Shown here in pieces: positions 36,072-44,293 of a DNA stretch of 44,293 bases (within the stretch, counting starts at the first letter, position 1; each line of letters begins with the position of its first letter). The stretch spans positions 1 through 44,293 of the forward strand of contig JBHLNS010000028.1 of the NCBI GenBank assembly GCA_048941285.1. The letters are read 5' to 3'. The notes beneath the pieces are model-generated. The model was not told where the DNA came from, searched no databases, and was given only the letters and a program-made list of their open reading frames with translations. Origin of the DNA: Promethearchaeota archaeon. Its GTDB lineage: Archaea; Asgardarchaeota; Lokiarchaeia; Sigyniarchaeales; SOKP01. The position numbers and the translations under genes are program-made.

Positions 36072-37985
36072 TTAAAGATTTTTTAATCTCTCTTGTTCTT
36101 TTTGCTTCTTTTTTTCCAATTTTTTCTTTTGTTTTTCTAGTTTTTTTCGCTTTTTGGCTTCTTGTTTTGCTTCTTTTTCTTTTTGTTTTCTTTCTTGTTT
36201 CAACCTTTCTAGTTCTTGTTGTTCTTTTTCAATAGCTTGTATTTCTTTTCTCTCACTCTCTATACGTTCTCTTTCTAATCTGAATTTCTCTTGCTTTTCC
36301 ATTTCGATTTTTTCTAATCTCTCTTTTTCTAATTGTTCTTGTTTTAATATTTCTTTTTCCTTTTGAATTCTTAATAGACGTTCTTTTTCTTGCATTTCCT
36401 TTTCTAGCTTTTCTCTTGCTATTCTCTCTCTTTCTAATCTCTCTACTCTCTCCTTTTCCAAATGAACTCTTTCTCTTTCTTCTTTTTCCTTTCTTTCTTC
36501 TTCTTCGATTTCAAAAAGCCATTTATTTATCTTTTGAATTAATTCTTGTTTTTCTTTTAATGATAATCCTAAATTATGATCTTTTTTCAGGTATATATTA
36601 GCATATTTACTCATTTCCCATATTTTTTTCTGTTCTGTCGTTGTCGCGCTAACGCCAATTTGTCTCATGGTTTCCCTGGCGATTTCAAAAGCTTTTCCAA
36701 CGGATCTCATCTCATAATTCTCTTGGATAACTTTTATTAAATATAAAAGAATTGGCTTAATTTCAGCAATAGGTGGACTTGGTAATGGTTTAAATTCAAC
36801 TCTTTGAGATTTTAATGTTTCTAACTCAAATTTTTCTTGTTTATAATCTGATATTTTAGTTGATCTGATATCGTTACCTTGAATGTTATTTTGGGGGGCA
36901 TATGTTGGTTGTTCTACTAGTTTTGGTAAAACTATTGGTTCTTTTTTCCCTTTTCTTTTAAATAGCTGCGGCCAGCTGATAAACTCAAAGTTGCGTTCTT
37001 CTGCTGAAGCGAAAATTGATTTTTTGGAAGTCTTTTGAGAAACTGAGCTAATTTGTTTTGAAGTAATTGGTTGGATATTTGATCCTAGCATTAATGCCGC
37101 TTGCTCTATTATCGAGAATAGATACATGGGATCAAATTCAATAGCAGAATAAATGCTTCTCAATGTGACAATATTATCTTCAATAATACCGAGATTTATA
37201 GAAGATATGGTTTCCTCTAAAAGCTTATCGGCCGCAAAGTTAATCGCATCTAAGCCTGCTGTTGAATTGAGGTAAGTAAAATCATGATTGGCAGAGAATA
37301 CATACATTTTATCCGACACTAAAATTTGATTAAAAAAGTCCCAGTGGGCACTTAAAATCATATGCCCCCACTTTGAGATTATGTAAGAATCTTCTGTACG
37401 GATTTTATCCATCATCTCTAAAAATATATCCTTATAGGGTATAAACAGATTTCGCATCAAAGCCCCTTTTACAAAGGTCAGGTGATCCTCTGATTTATTG
37501 GATAAATCCAGAGGGATTTTTATAACTTTCTCAGAGATAATTACGTCGTGATCATCCTCTAACGTGATATCTCCAGAAGTCACCATCAAATCATAAGCAA
37601 AATCGGGTAAAACCAATCCCGTTAGAATTCTATTATCGGTAATATATTTCCCAGATTCTAATTCAAATTTTAAAAAATAATATCCCAAACCAAAGAGATA
37701 ATGAAGCGTTCCTTGTGCGGTCTCAATTGAATAGTCATACCCGCTAAAAAATATAACTGGATCTGAAATAATTTTTAACACTGGATGGTGGGCATAGTTT
37801 CCTAACGTAGGATAACCTAATAAATCACTCCAACTAGGAATTATAAATAGTGAGTTATTGGGATATAATTTATTTTCCAATTTTTGTTTTTCAATTCTCT
37901 CTCTTTCAAACTTTTCTTTCTCAATTTGCTCCTTTTCTAACCTTTCTTTTTTCAATTGTTCATCATTTACTCTTTCTAATCCCAT
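36072..37985 (-). CDS. Hypothetical protein with ER/K-rich charged helical termini and a central globular domain
   Basis: N-terminal KKERLEKEQIEKEKFERE; about 145-aa E/K/R/Q-rich C-terminus. Confidence 0.75.
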   Translation of the reverse strand: MGLERVNDEQLKKERLEKEQIEKEKFERERIEKQKLENKLYPNNSLFIIPSWSDLLGYPTLGNYAHHPVLKIISDPVIFFSGYDYSIETAQGTLHYLFGLGYYFLKFELESGKYITDNRILTGLVLPDFAYDLMVTSGDITLEDDHDVIISEKVIKIPLDLSNKSEDHLTFVKGALMRNLFIPYKDIFLEMMDKIRTEDSYIISKWGHMILSAHWDFFNQILVSDKMYVFSANHDFTYLNSTAGLDAINFAADKLLEETISSINLGIIEDNIVTLRSIYSAIEFDPMYLFSIIEQAALMLGSNIQPITSKQISSVSQKTSKKSIFASAEERNFEFISWPQLFKRKGKKEPIVLPKLVEQPTYAPQNNIQGNDIRSTKISDYKQEKFELETLKSQRVEFKPLPSPPIAEIKPILLYLIKVIQENYEMRSVGKAFEIARETMRQIGVSATTTEQKKIWEMSKYANIYLKKDHNLGLSLKEKQELIQKINKWLFEIEEEERKEKEERERVHLEKERVERLERERIAREKLEKEMQEKERLLRIQKEKEILKQEQLEKERLEKIEMEKQEKFRLERERIESERKEIQAIEKEQQELERLKQERKQKEKEAKQEAKKRKKLEKQKKKLEKKKQKEQERLKNL

Positions 37986-38372
37986 AATTCTAACTCTAAA
38001 TATATATTTTAATTTAAAAATAATTTTTACATAATATATTTACTCACTAATAATTTATGAATTTTTCATCATAAGAAAAGTTTGAAATAATTTTAACAGA
38101 ACAAGAAATATATATCCAGTATTTGAATTTATTTCATTTTTACTCTTTTCTATATTTTCCCTACAGTGTGATCATTTTCGTGAAAGCCCAATTTCACGAT
38201 CATTTTGATAGTTCTTTCTATTAACATAACTTCTTAAAATTAAGTTAAAACTATATAATCTTTACTTTTTGTAATCAAACTATTTGTCTGCTCTATAAAT
38301 CTTAATGAATCAATTAATTAGGGTAGATTTGTTTGCTATATATGAGAAATCTATTATCAGAAGTGATTTATA

Positions 38373-38564
38373 TTGAAATTAGATTGGAAATTATTCAAAA
38401 AAACATATCCATATATATGTGATAAATGTGGATATTTGCAATGGAATAAAAAATCTATATGTGAAGGCTGTGGAAGCAGAAATAGCCTTAGGAAAATATC
38501 TAAAAAAGACTGGAAAAAGAATTACTTAGTTGGAACTACAAAAACAGAAAAAGCTTCAATTTAA
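38373..38564 (+). CDS. Small basic zinc-ribbon protein
   Basis: YICDKCG...CEGCG...LRK; TTG start. Confidence 0.6.
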   Translation: MKLDWKLFKKTYPYICDKCGYLQWNKKSICEGCGSRNSLRKISKKDWKKNYLVGTTKTEKASI

Positions 38565-38646
38565 GGCTATTACAAAACCATAATTCATAGAATAGTTTTT
38601 AGATAAATTCAATTATAGCCATTTTCTCATTAATAGCTATCATTCC

Positions 38647-39396
38647 CTAAACACGTCCGTATTGTAGCCATTTTGCCCAATCAGATCTACCATTCATTAG
38701 TGCAATGGACGCAGCTTTTTTCCAATTATATGGAACAGAAATATTTTCAATATACCATTGGTTCTTATTTTTAGTTATGATGCAGTACCGAGCATGTGGA
38801 ACGCCATTTTCCATAATATGAGGATATGGAGTACTATCCACATATGCAGGCAAACCAATACTTCCAGGATTGATTATAAGTTGTCCACGCTGCAGATAAA
38901 TTGATCTTGGGATATGACTATGACCACATAGTATTAATTCTTGATTAAATGATGAAATTAGTGATTCTAATTCTTCATTCTTCTTAATTTTAACTCCATG
39001 TTTAGTGACTTTTTCAAAAAAATATTCTGAATCATTATTTGGAGTACCATGAAAGAGAACCATATTATCATATTCAATTATTTTTTGCAGTTTATTCAAC
39101 CATTTCCTTATTTTTGAATCAATCAAATCCATAACATATGACAGGGAAGAATTTTTTTCTAATTCATCTTCTGAATGAAAAAGAAGGATTCGATCTTCGT
39201 TTCCACATACACTTGGAATTGTGAGGTCCATAAGAATTTCAGCAGTATTTACTGGGTCTAAAGGTCCATAGAGGCTGTCACCAAGGTTAACTATAGTATG
39301 AATCTTCCTATTATGAATATCTTCTAAAACTGCCTTCAAAGCAAAACTATTCCCATGAATATCAGATATCACTGCAAGTTGTTTTTCAATTGTCAT
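38647..39396 (-). CDS. Calcineurin-like metallophosphoesterase (YfcE/MJ0936 type)
   Basis: SDIHGN, LGD, GNED, HG, GHSH, NPGS. Confidence 0.9.
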   Translation of the reverse strand: MTIEKQLAVISDIHGNSFALKAVLEDIHNRKIHTIVNLGDSLYGPLDPVNTAEILMDLTIPSVCGNEDRILLFHSEDELEKNSSLSYVMDLIDSKIRKWLNKLQKIIEYDNMVLFHGTPNNDSEYFFEKVTKHGVKIKKNEELESLISSFNQELILCGHSHIPRSIYLQRGQLIINPGSIGLPAYVDSTPYPHIMENGVPHARYCIITKNKNQWYIENISVPYNWKKAASIALMNGRSDWAKWLQYGRV

Positions 39397-39439
39397 AAAT
39401 TTACATCATCTCTGAAAGTGATCTTGAGCTCTCTACTTT

Positions 39440-39712
39440 TTAAATATTTTTAGGTTTCCAGTGTACGCGGTTCATTAATAATGGATTAAGCTTGATAGCG
39501 CCCTTTTTTGGGCATTCACCTACACAACAGCCGCAATACCAACATTCTCCAGGATATAAAATGACTGGAGGTTTTCCTTTCTCTGGGTTTGGTATGAAGA
39601 TATCGACTTGGCACACCTCCATGCATCTATTGCATCCATTACAAATATCCGAATTAAAGGTTATAGGATTAGTAATTCCAGTTTCCGGAATTACAAAAAT
39701 TTTTTCATCCAT
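39440..39712 (-). CDS. AprB-like 2x[4Fe-4S] ferredoxin
   Basis: CNGCNRCMEVCQ and PGECWYCGCCVGECP; start moved to ATG 39712, overlapping the upstream stop. Confidence 0.8.
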   Translation of the reverse strand: MDEKIFVIPETGITNPITFNSDICNGCNRCMEVCQVDIFIPNPEKGKPPVILYPGECWYCGCCVGECPKKGAIKLNPLLMNRVHWKPKNI

Positions 39713-41663
39713 TATCAAATTCCCCTCTAATATAATTTGTATTATGAAATTCGTAATTATCTTTAAGAGATCCATAATAATCTATTTGTTTCTCATTAAC
39801 CTTTACGCGATTGTTCTCGAGTCTTACAGTAATAAATTTATGCCACTCTGGGGGATCGATTTCTGGATAATCTGATCTCTTAAAGTGCAACTGTTTAGAG
39901 CTTGCTTTCCGTGCTAAACAAGAATGGATTATTATCTTAGCATTTGTAAGGATATTTAGAACTTCTAGTGTACGCATCAATTCGTGGGGATTCCTTGCAT
40001 ATAACATAGGTGCCTCAATTTCTTCCATTTTTTGTAATTGCTCTAATCCTATATTTAAGAGCTCTTTGCTTTTTATCTCACCACAATAATTTTGCATAAT
40101 TCTAGTGATGTGCATATTAAATTCCTTCCACCCTATTCCGGATTTTTTATATAATAAGGAATAAATATTATTTTTCTCTAATTCTACTTGATGGCGCTCT
40201 ATTGGTGTTTCAATAGATCTCATTGCATAATCTGCAGCGTGTCTTCCAGCGTAATGCCCCGTTGCTGCTGCATGACCAACACAATCTGATGCGAATAATT
40301 GATCACCGGCAGCATATAATCCTTCCAGATTCGTTTTTAATTTCCAATCGTTAAATATTCCACCAGGAACTCCAAAAAGTTGCCGTTCACGTGGTAAAAA
40401 TGATGCTGATGTCCATCCATCTCCATAACTTTGGAGTAAATCTCTACTAGGATCAAAACCTTCTTTTGTATACATATCAAGTATTGGGATTTTTGACTTT
40501 CCTTCTTCTCCAACCATTAAACCCCAAATTGCCTTTCTTTCAAATTCAGGCATATTAGTTAAATCGGCATAAAAAGGGAGCTTAAAACCTTGTTTTAAGA
40601 GATCTTCTACCGAAAGAGTATCAGGTCCTAAGTATTTATACAAGTGAAAGTCAGATTCACCTCCTCCTTTTAGAAAGAATTTTTGTCCTGAAACCGGGCG
40701 GTATCTTTGGGAAACATCTTTAAGGATATTCCCGTCTCTGTCTATCCAAGGGATATCTTTACCGTTAGCATCAACCATGGAACTTGCGTACCACGTGTTA
40801 TGAGTATTACCAGTTCCATATGGTGGAAAACTACGCTCACCTGACCATAGAGCTCTTAAAGATTTTTCCATCATAGTAAATTCTACACCTGCCCTCCAGC
40901 CCATAGCATGACCATCTCCCATACACTGGAGTGGACGGAATTCAGAAATTCCGGGAAATCCTGGAGAGAATAACCAGATACGCGTTGGTCGAGCCATGCA
41001 TAATATAGTTGCTTTTGCCTTAAAAATATAAAATTCACCCGTTCTTCCATTGATTCCCATAGCTCCAATGATCTTTGTCCCTTGGTCGCCTTTTTTTATT
41101 AGTAGATTTGTAGCCATAGTTCTATCAAAAATTTCTACACCTAAACGTTTACATTCTTTATAAAGAGCAGGTTTAAAGGTTGTTCCCCATACTCTTAAGT
41201 TGTATCTATTCTCATAATCATAAGCAAATAAGAATTTAGTTTTTTCATCTCTAAATTCAGCACCTCTAAACTCATTTTCGGTATCTCTAATTTTTCCACC
41301 AAATTCTTCCAAGTCCAAGAGTCGATCATATCCTTCTCTACATTCAATATAATGTGAAATTCCATTATTATAACCATTATGATCTTCAACCATAGCCAAT
41401 GCAAGTTCTTCAGGGGTGACTTTTGAACAAGGATTAGTCGCTGCTGCTTCCCAGTGATCACAACCTGATCCACCTGCACCACTCCTAAATGTTGCACCTT
41501 TTTCAACAAGTGTAACTTTTACACCTTTTTTAGCTGCTGCTATTGCAGCCCAACAACCTGCTATTCCTCCCCCCAAAACTAAGATTTCCGATGAGCTTTC
41601 TTTTTCTGTATTCCATTTAATAGGATATGGCCACTCAATTCTATTAAATAATTGTTGTTTCAA
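39705..41663 (-). CDS. AprA-like FAD-dependent oxidoreductase (SdhA/FrdA/AprA superfamily)
   Basis: ILVLGGGIAG, RSGAGGSGCDH, GDGHAMGWRAG, GLYAAGD, ARKASS..HFKRSDYPE. Confidence 0.8.
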   Translation of the reverse strand: MKQQLFNRIEWPYPIKWNTEKESSSEILVLGGGIAGCWAAIAAAKKGVKVTLVEKGATFRSGAGGSGCDHWEAAATNPCSKVTPEELALAMVEDHNGYNNGISHYIECREGYDRLLDLEEFGGKIRDTENEFRGAEFRDEKTKFLFAYDYENRYNLRVWGTTFKPALYKECKRLGVEIFDRTMATNLLIKKGDQGTKIIGAMGINGRTGEFYIFKAKATILCMARPTRIWLFSPGFPGISEFRPLQCMGDGHAMGWRAGVEFTMMEKSLRALWSGERSFPPYGTGNTHNTWYASSMVDANGKDIPWIDRDGNILKDVSQRYRPVSGQKFFLKGGGESDFHLYKYLGPDTLSVEDLLKQGFKLPFYADLTNMPEFERKAIWGLMVGEEGKSKIPILDMYTKEGFDPSRDLLQSYGDGWTSASFLPRERQLFGVPGGIFNDWKLKTNLEGLYAAGDQLFASDCVGHAAATGHYAGRHAADYAMRSIETPIERHQVELEKNNIYSLLYKKSGIGWKEFNMHITRIMQNYCGEIKSKELLNIGLEQLQKMEEIEAPMLYARNPHELMRTLEVLNILTNAKIIIHSCLARKASSKQLHFKRSDYPEIDPPEWHKFITVRLENNRVKVNEKQIDYYGSLKDNYEFHNTNYIRGEFDNG

Positions 41664-41784
41664 TTGTAAATTCTCCTTTCCAACTTTTATTATTAAGTAT
41701 TCTAAATATTTCTAACACAATAAAACAAATAAAGTAATTTGATAAATATAATTAATAACACAAATAAATTTCAATTTTGAGATT

Positions 41785-42162
41785 ATGTATAAAATTGAGA
41801 AGATAGGAAAACATGATCTTTATATTAAGATAATGGGTACATTTCCACCTTCAGTAACGAGGAGATTTATTGATGAATTCGAAGAAAAAACGAAAAACCT
41901 TAAAAATTTATCAGTAATTGTTGATGGATTAGATTTCATAATGTTAAACCTTCAATCATTTGAAATGGTACTAAATTTTCTTAAAAAAAATAATAATAAA
42001 TTAATTAAATCTGCTTATATCGTAAAAAATAATCCTGTTTTGGATAAAGAAGCTCAAATCTTATTGGATAGAGCAGATTCTCCAAAGAGAAAACTTGTTA
42101 ATAATTTTGATGAAGCAAAAGAATGGATTGGAATTAAAAAAATAATGTTAGAAAAAGATTAA
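41785..42162 (+). CDS. STAS/SEC14 (SpoIIAA-like) domain protein
   Basis: LYIKIMG, VIVDG.DF, C-terminal NFDEAKEWI. Confidence 0.65.
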   Translation: MYKIEKIGKHDLYIKIMGTFPPSVTRRFIDEFEEKTKNLKNLSVIVDGLDFIMLNLQSFEMVLNFLKKNNNKLIKSAYIVKNNPVLDKEAQILLDRADSPKRKLVNNFDEAKEWIGIKKIMLEKD

Positions 42163-42197
42163 TTCTTATTTCATTTTGACTAATTTTCAATTTTTTT

Positions 42198-42300
42198 TCA
42201 CCATGCGATTACTTTAGGATTGTTATCAACACCAATCCATTTTCTATTTAACTTATCTCCTATAATTAATGTTGTAATATTGCCTATATCGTTATAAATA
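42198..42300 (-). pseudogene. Fragment resembling the C-terminus of an N6/N4 DNA methyltransferase
   Basis: GNITTLIIGDKLNRKWIGVDNNP resembles GSGTT..A.KLNR.WIG.D. Confidence 0.45.
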
Positions 42301-42318
42301 CTTTTATAAAATTTACTC

Positions 42319-42576
42319 CTTGACAAAATTTCAGTTATAGTTGATAGTGTAGATTTTTTATTTTTAAATCTTAATTCTTTTAAAATATTTTTGAGATATC
42401 CTAAAATTAAAAACAGCAAATTAGTTTGGACGGGTTATAAAATTTCTAAAAATCATCCTTGAGATAAAAAAATCCATGTGTCATTAGGAAAAACAAGATC
42501 TCCAAGAAGAATAGTGAATAACCGTGAAGATGTCAAGAAATGGCTCGGAATCAATAATATGATCATTAGTAAATAA
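42319..42576 (+). pseudogene. Decayed tandem paralogue of the STAS/SEC14 gene
   Basis: KISVIVDSVDFLFLNLNSF...HP*DKK...RSPRRIVNNREDVKKWLGI aligns with NLSVIVDGLDFIMLNLQSF...NPVLDK...DSPKRKLVNNFDEAKEWIGI; 5' end missing and in-frame TGA at 42460. Confidence 0.75.
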
Positions 42577-42801
42577 TAAATCCTACTTCATAAAATTGAT
42601 CTAAATTTATATTTATATATATCATATTTTAATTCCCATTTTATTTGAAAAGAATAGTAAAAAGAGTGAGAATTACTCTTTTAATGAATTCGAGCCTAAT
42701 CATATTTATATAATTGTTATTTCATTATATAATCAAGAGAAAAAAGGATTATAGACATCTTTTAGTAATTATTATTTTAATTAATACAAGGTGGAACAAT
42801 C

Positions 42802-44293
42802 TTGTTTTTAAATAAAAATTCACTTTTCACTGAATTATTAAATAATTTTTTGGAAATTAACAGAGACACTGAAGCTATAATCGTCTCCGACGAAGAAGGG
42901 TTAATCATTGCAGGAGAAAAACGAGAAAATATTGATATGGAGATAGTTTCAGTATTAACTACCATTATAAATCCTATTTTGGATAGAATTCGCTATGAAT
43001 TTGACTTTAAAAAATTTGGGGCATGTTCATTTGAGACTGAAAATCATCGATTAGTTTTTATATCTGTAAATGAAAATATTATGATCAGTCTTGTTTTAAA
43101 TATTATGGCCTCGATTGAGAAAGTAGCTCCTTATGGATATTTTCTTGCGGAAAAAACCGCACAAATTCTTTCAATTGATGAAGAAGATCAAATTCAATTA
43201 ATTATTCCAGATTTTGATTATGAAGCTCAGCAAGCAAAACGACTTAAAAACCAATTATATCAATTAAGTGTAGATGCTAATGGAACATATAATTTTAAAT
43301 TTATAATTATTGGAGATCATAATGTAGGCAAGAGTTCAATTGTTCGTAGGTTTGCTGAAGATAGATTTTTAGAAAACTATCGAGCTACTATTGGCCTAAA
43401 TATAATTTCACACAATTTTGAATCATTTGGAAAAGGAATAAATATATCTCTGTGGGATATAGGAGCACAAGAATATTTTAGAAGATATAGAAAAACGTAT
43501 TATAATGGAGCTCAAGCAGCATTTATTGTTTTTGATCTTACTAACAATAGGTCTTTTGAAAATGTAATAAACTGGTTTAATGAACTAATTCAATTTATTG
43601 ATAATAAAAGTCTACCCGTCATAATTATTGGAAATAAAAAAGATCTAATTATTAACCGTAAAATTGATAAAGAAGATGCTTTGAAGCTAACAAAAAGCTT
43701 AAATGAAGCTTCAAAAACAAATATTTTATATCTTGAAACTAGTGCATTAACAGGAGAGAATATTGAAGATGCTTTCAGATTAATCTCTCATAATTTTATT
43801 GCTAAATGTAGAGAAGTTGCTCAACAACAACGAGATGAAGAATTATTGAGTGAAATTAGATCTATTTTGCAATTTAAAGATAAATTAATTCTTAGTTTTA
43901 TAACTGAAACCCCGATATGGAATCCTGCCTTACAAGTGATGGTTGGCATTAATGACAATAAACAAATTTTGGATTTTAAGGATGAGGAGGATGAAAAATA
44001 TTATCACTATTCAAATGGTTTGATTTTAAAAAATTGTATCTATTTTTTAAAAGACATTTCTGATTCAGATGGAGTTTTTTGTATATTCGATGCAAGAGAA
44101 AAAGAGAGCATTAATCCTAAATGGAAATACATAATTAGTAAAATAATTGAATATGTTCAGAAAAATAAAGTCTTAGTAATAGGAATTCAAGTAACAGAAA
44201 AAAATAATTGGTCGAAATTAATAGAACAACTTAGATTAGATGAAGAATTAGAAAGAAAAATGGGATCTATAATTTTTTTTAAGATTGGAAATG
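42802..44293 (+). CDS. Roadblock/MglB domain fused to a Rab-like small GTPase and a degenerate GTPase-like domain; 3'-truncated by the window edge
   Basis: AGGTGGA SD then TTG 42802. AIIVSDEEGLII roadblock; GDHNVGKSS, YRATIG, LWDIGAQE, YYNGA, VFDLT, GNKKD, ETSA. Open to the window end and not in the ORF track. Confidence 0.88.
   Translation, partial: MFLNKNSLFTELLNNFLEINRDTEAIIVSDEEGLIIAGEKRENIDMEIVSVLTTIINPILDRIRYEFDFKKFGACSFETENHRLVFISVNENIMISLVLNIMASIEKVAPYGYFLAEKTAQILSIDEEDQIQLIIPDFDYEAQQAKRLKNQLYQLSVDANGTYNFKFIIIGDHNVGKSSIVRRFAEDRFLENYRATIGLNIISHNFESFGKGINISLWDIGAQEYFRRYRKTYYNGAQAAFIVFDLTNNRSFENVINWFNELIQFIDNKSLPVIIIGNKKDLIINRKIDKEDALKLTKSLNEASKTNILYLETSALTGENIEDAFRLISHNFIAKCREVAQQQRDEELLSEIRSILQFKDKLILSFITETPIWNPALQVMVGINDNKQILDFKDEEDEKYYHYSNGLILKNCIYFLKDISDSDGVFCIFDAREKESINPKWKYIISKIIEYVQKNKVLVIGIQVTEKNNWSKLIEQLRLDEELERKMGSIIFFKIGN

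Noticed and set aside
39440-41663. Assigning aprAB symbols and dissimilatory sulfate reduction
   Set aside because: Reverse gene order, short B subunit and no sat/qmo/dsr in the window.
42460-42462. In-frame TGA as selenocysteine in the STAS-like duplicate
   Set aside because: It does not align to a Cys, the gene lacks its 5' end, and no SECIS follows.
2787-42965. Short track ORFs antisense to or nested in real genes (2787, 5620, 5839, 6833, 8957, 11762, 13424, 14574, 16751, 21818, 23087, 23570, 23927, 24895, 25384, 32692, 36044, 36154, 36416, 39492, 40883, 41195, 42777)
   Set aside because: Shadow frames overlapping motif-supported genes; 42777..42965 is antisense to the roadblock-GTPase gene, and the 36-kb ones mirror low-complexity sequence.
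1-44293. Transposase, integrase, prophage or rRNA genes
   Set aside because: No recognisable DDE, HUH, recombinase, capsid or rRNA sequence seen.

Overview
Very AT-rich archaeal chromosomal segment, most likely Asgard (Lokiarchaeia/Promethearchaeota). Support: an HMf-type histone, S30e, Nog1, the methanofuran genes mfnF/mfnE, a roadblock-Rab-like GTPase fusion, a longin/uDENN-like protein, a HEAT/PCI protein, and Sec-containing selD genes with eukaryote-type 3'-UTR SECIS elements. Main points: (1) a divergon with an ArsR regulator facing an HgcA-like corrinoid/membrane protein that is fused to a class I SAM methyltransferase and followed by an HgcB-like ferredoxin, a possible self-contained metal(loid)-methylation system; (2) five same-orientation 41-bp intergenic repeats separating unrelated accessory genes one by one (30.2-34.6 kb) near a tRNA, resembling a cassette array; (3) tandem selenocysteine selD paralogues, each with a SECIS that carries an extra covarying hairpin; (4) a tRNA-Trp(CCA) with two introns, followed by a headless ORF; (5) an AprA/AprB-like pair, a type II pantothenate kinase and several genes missed by the ORF track. 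All calls come from reading motifs by eye; no database searches were run.
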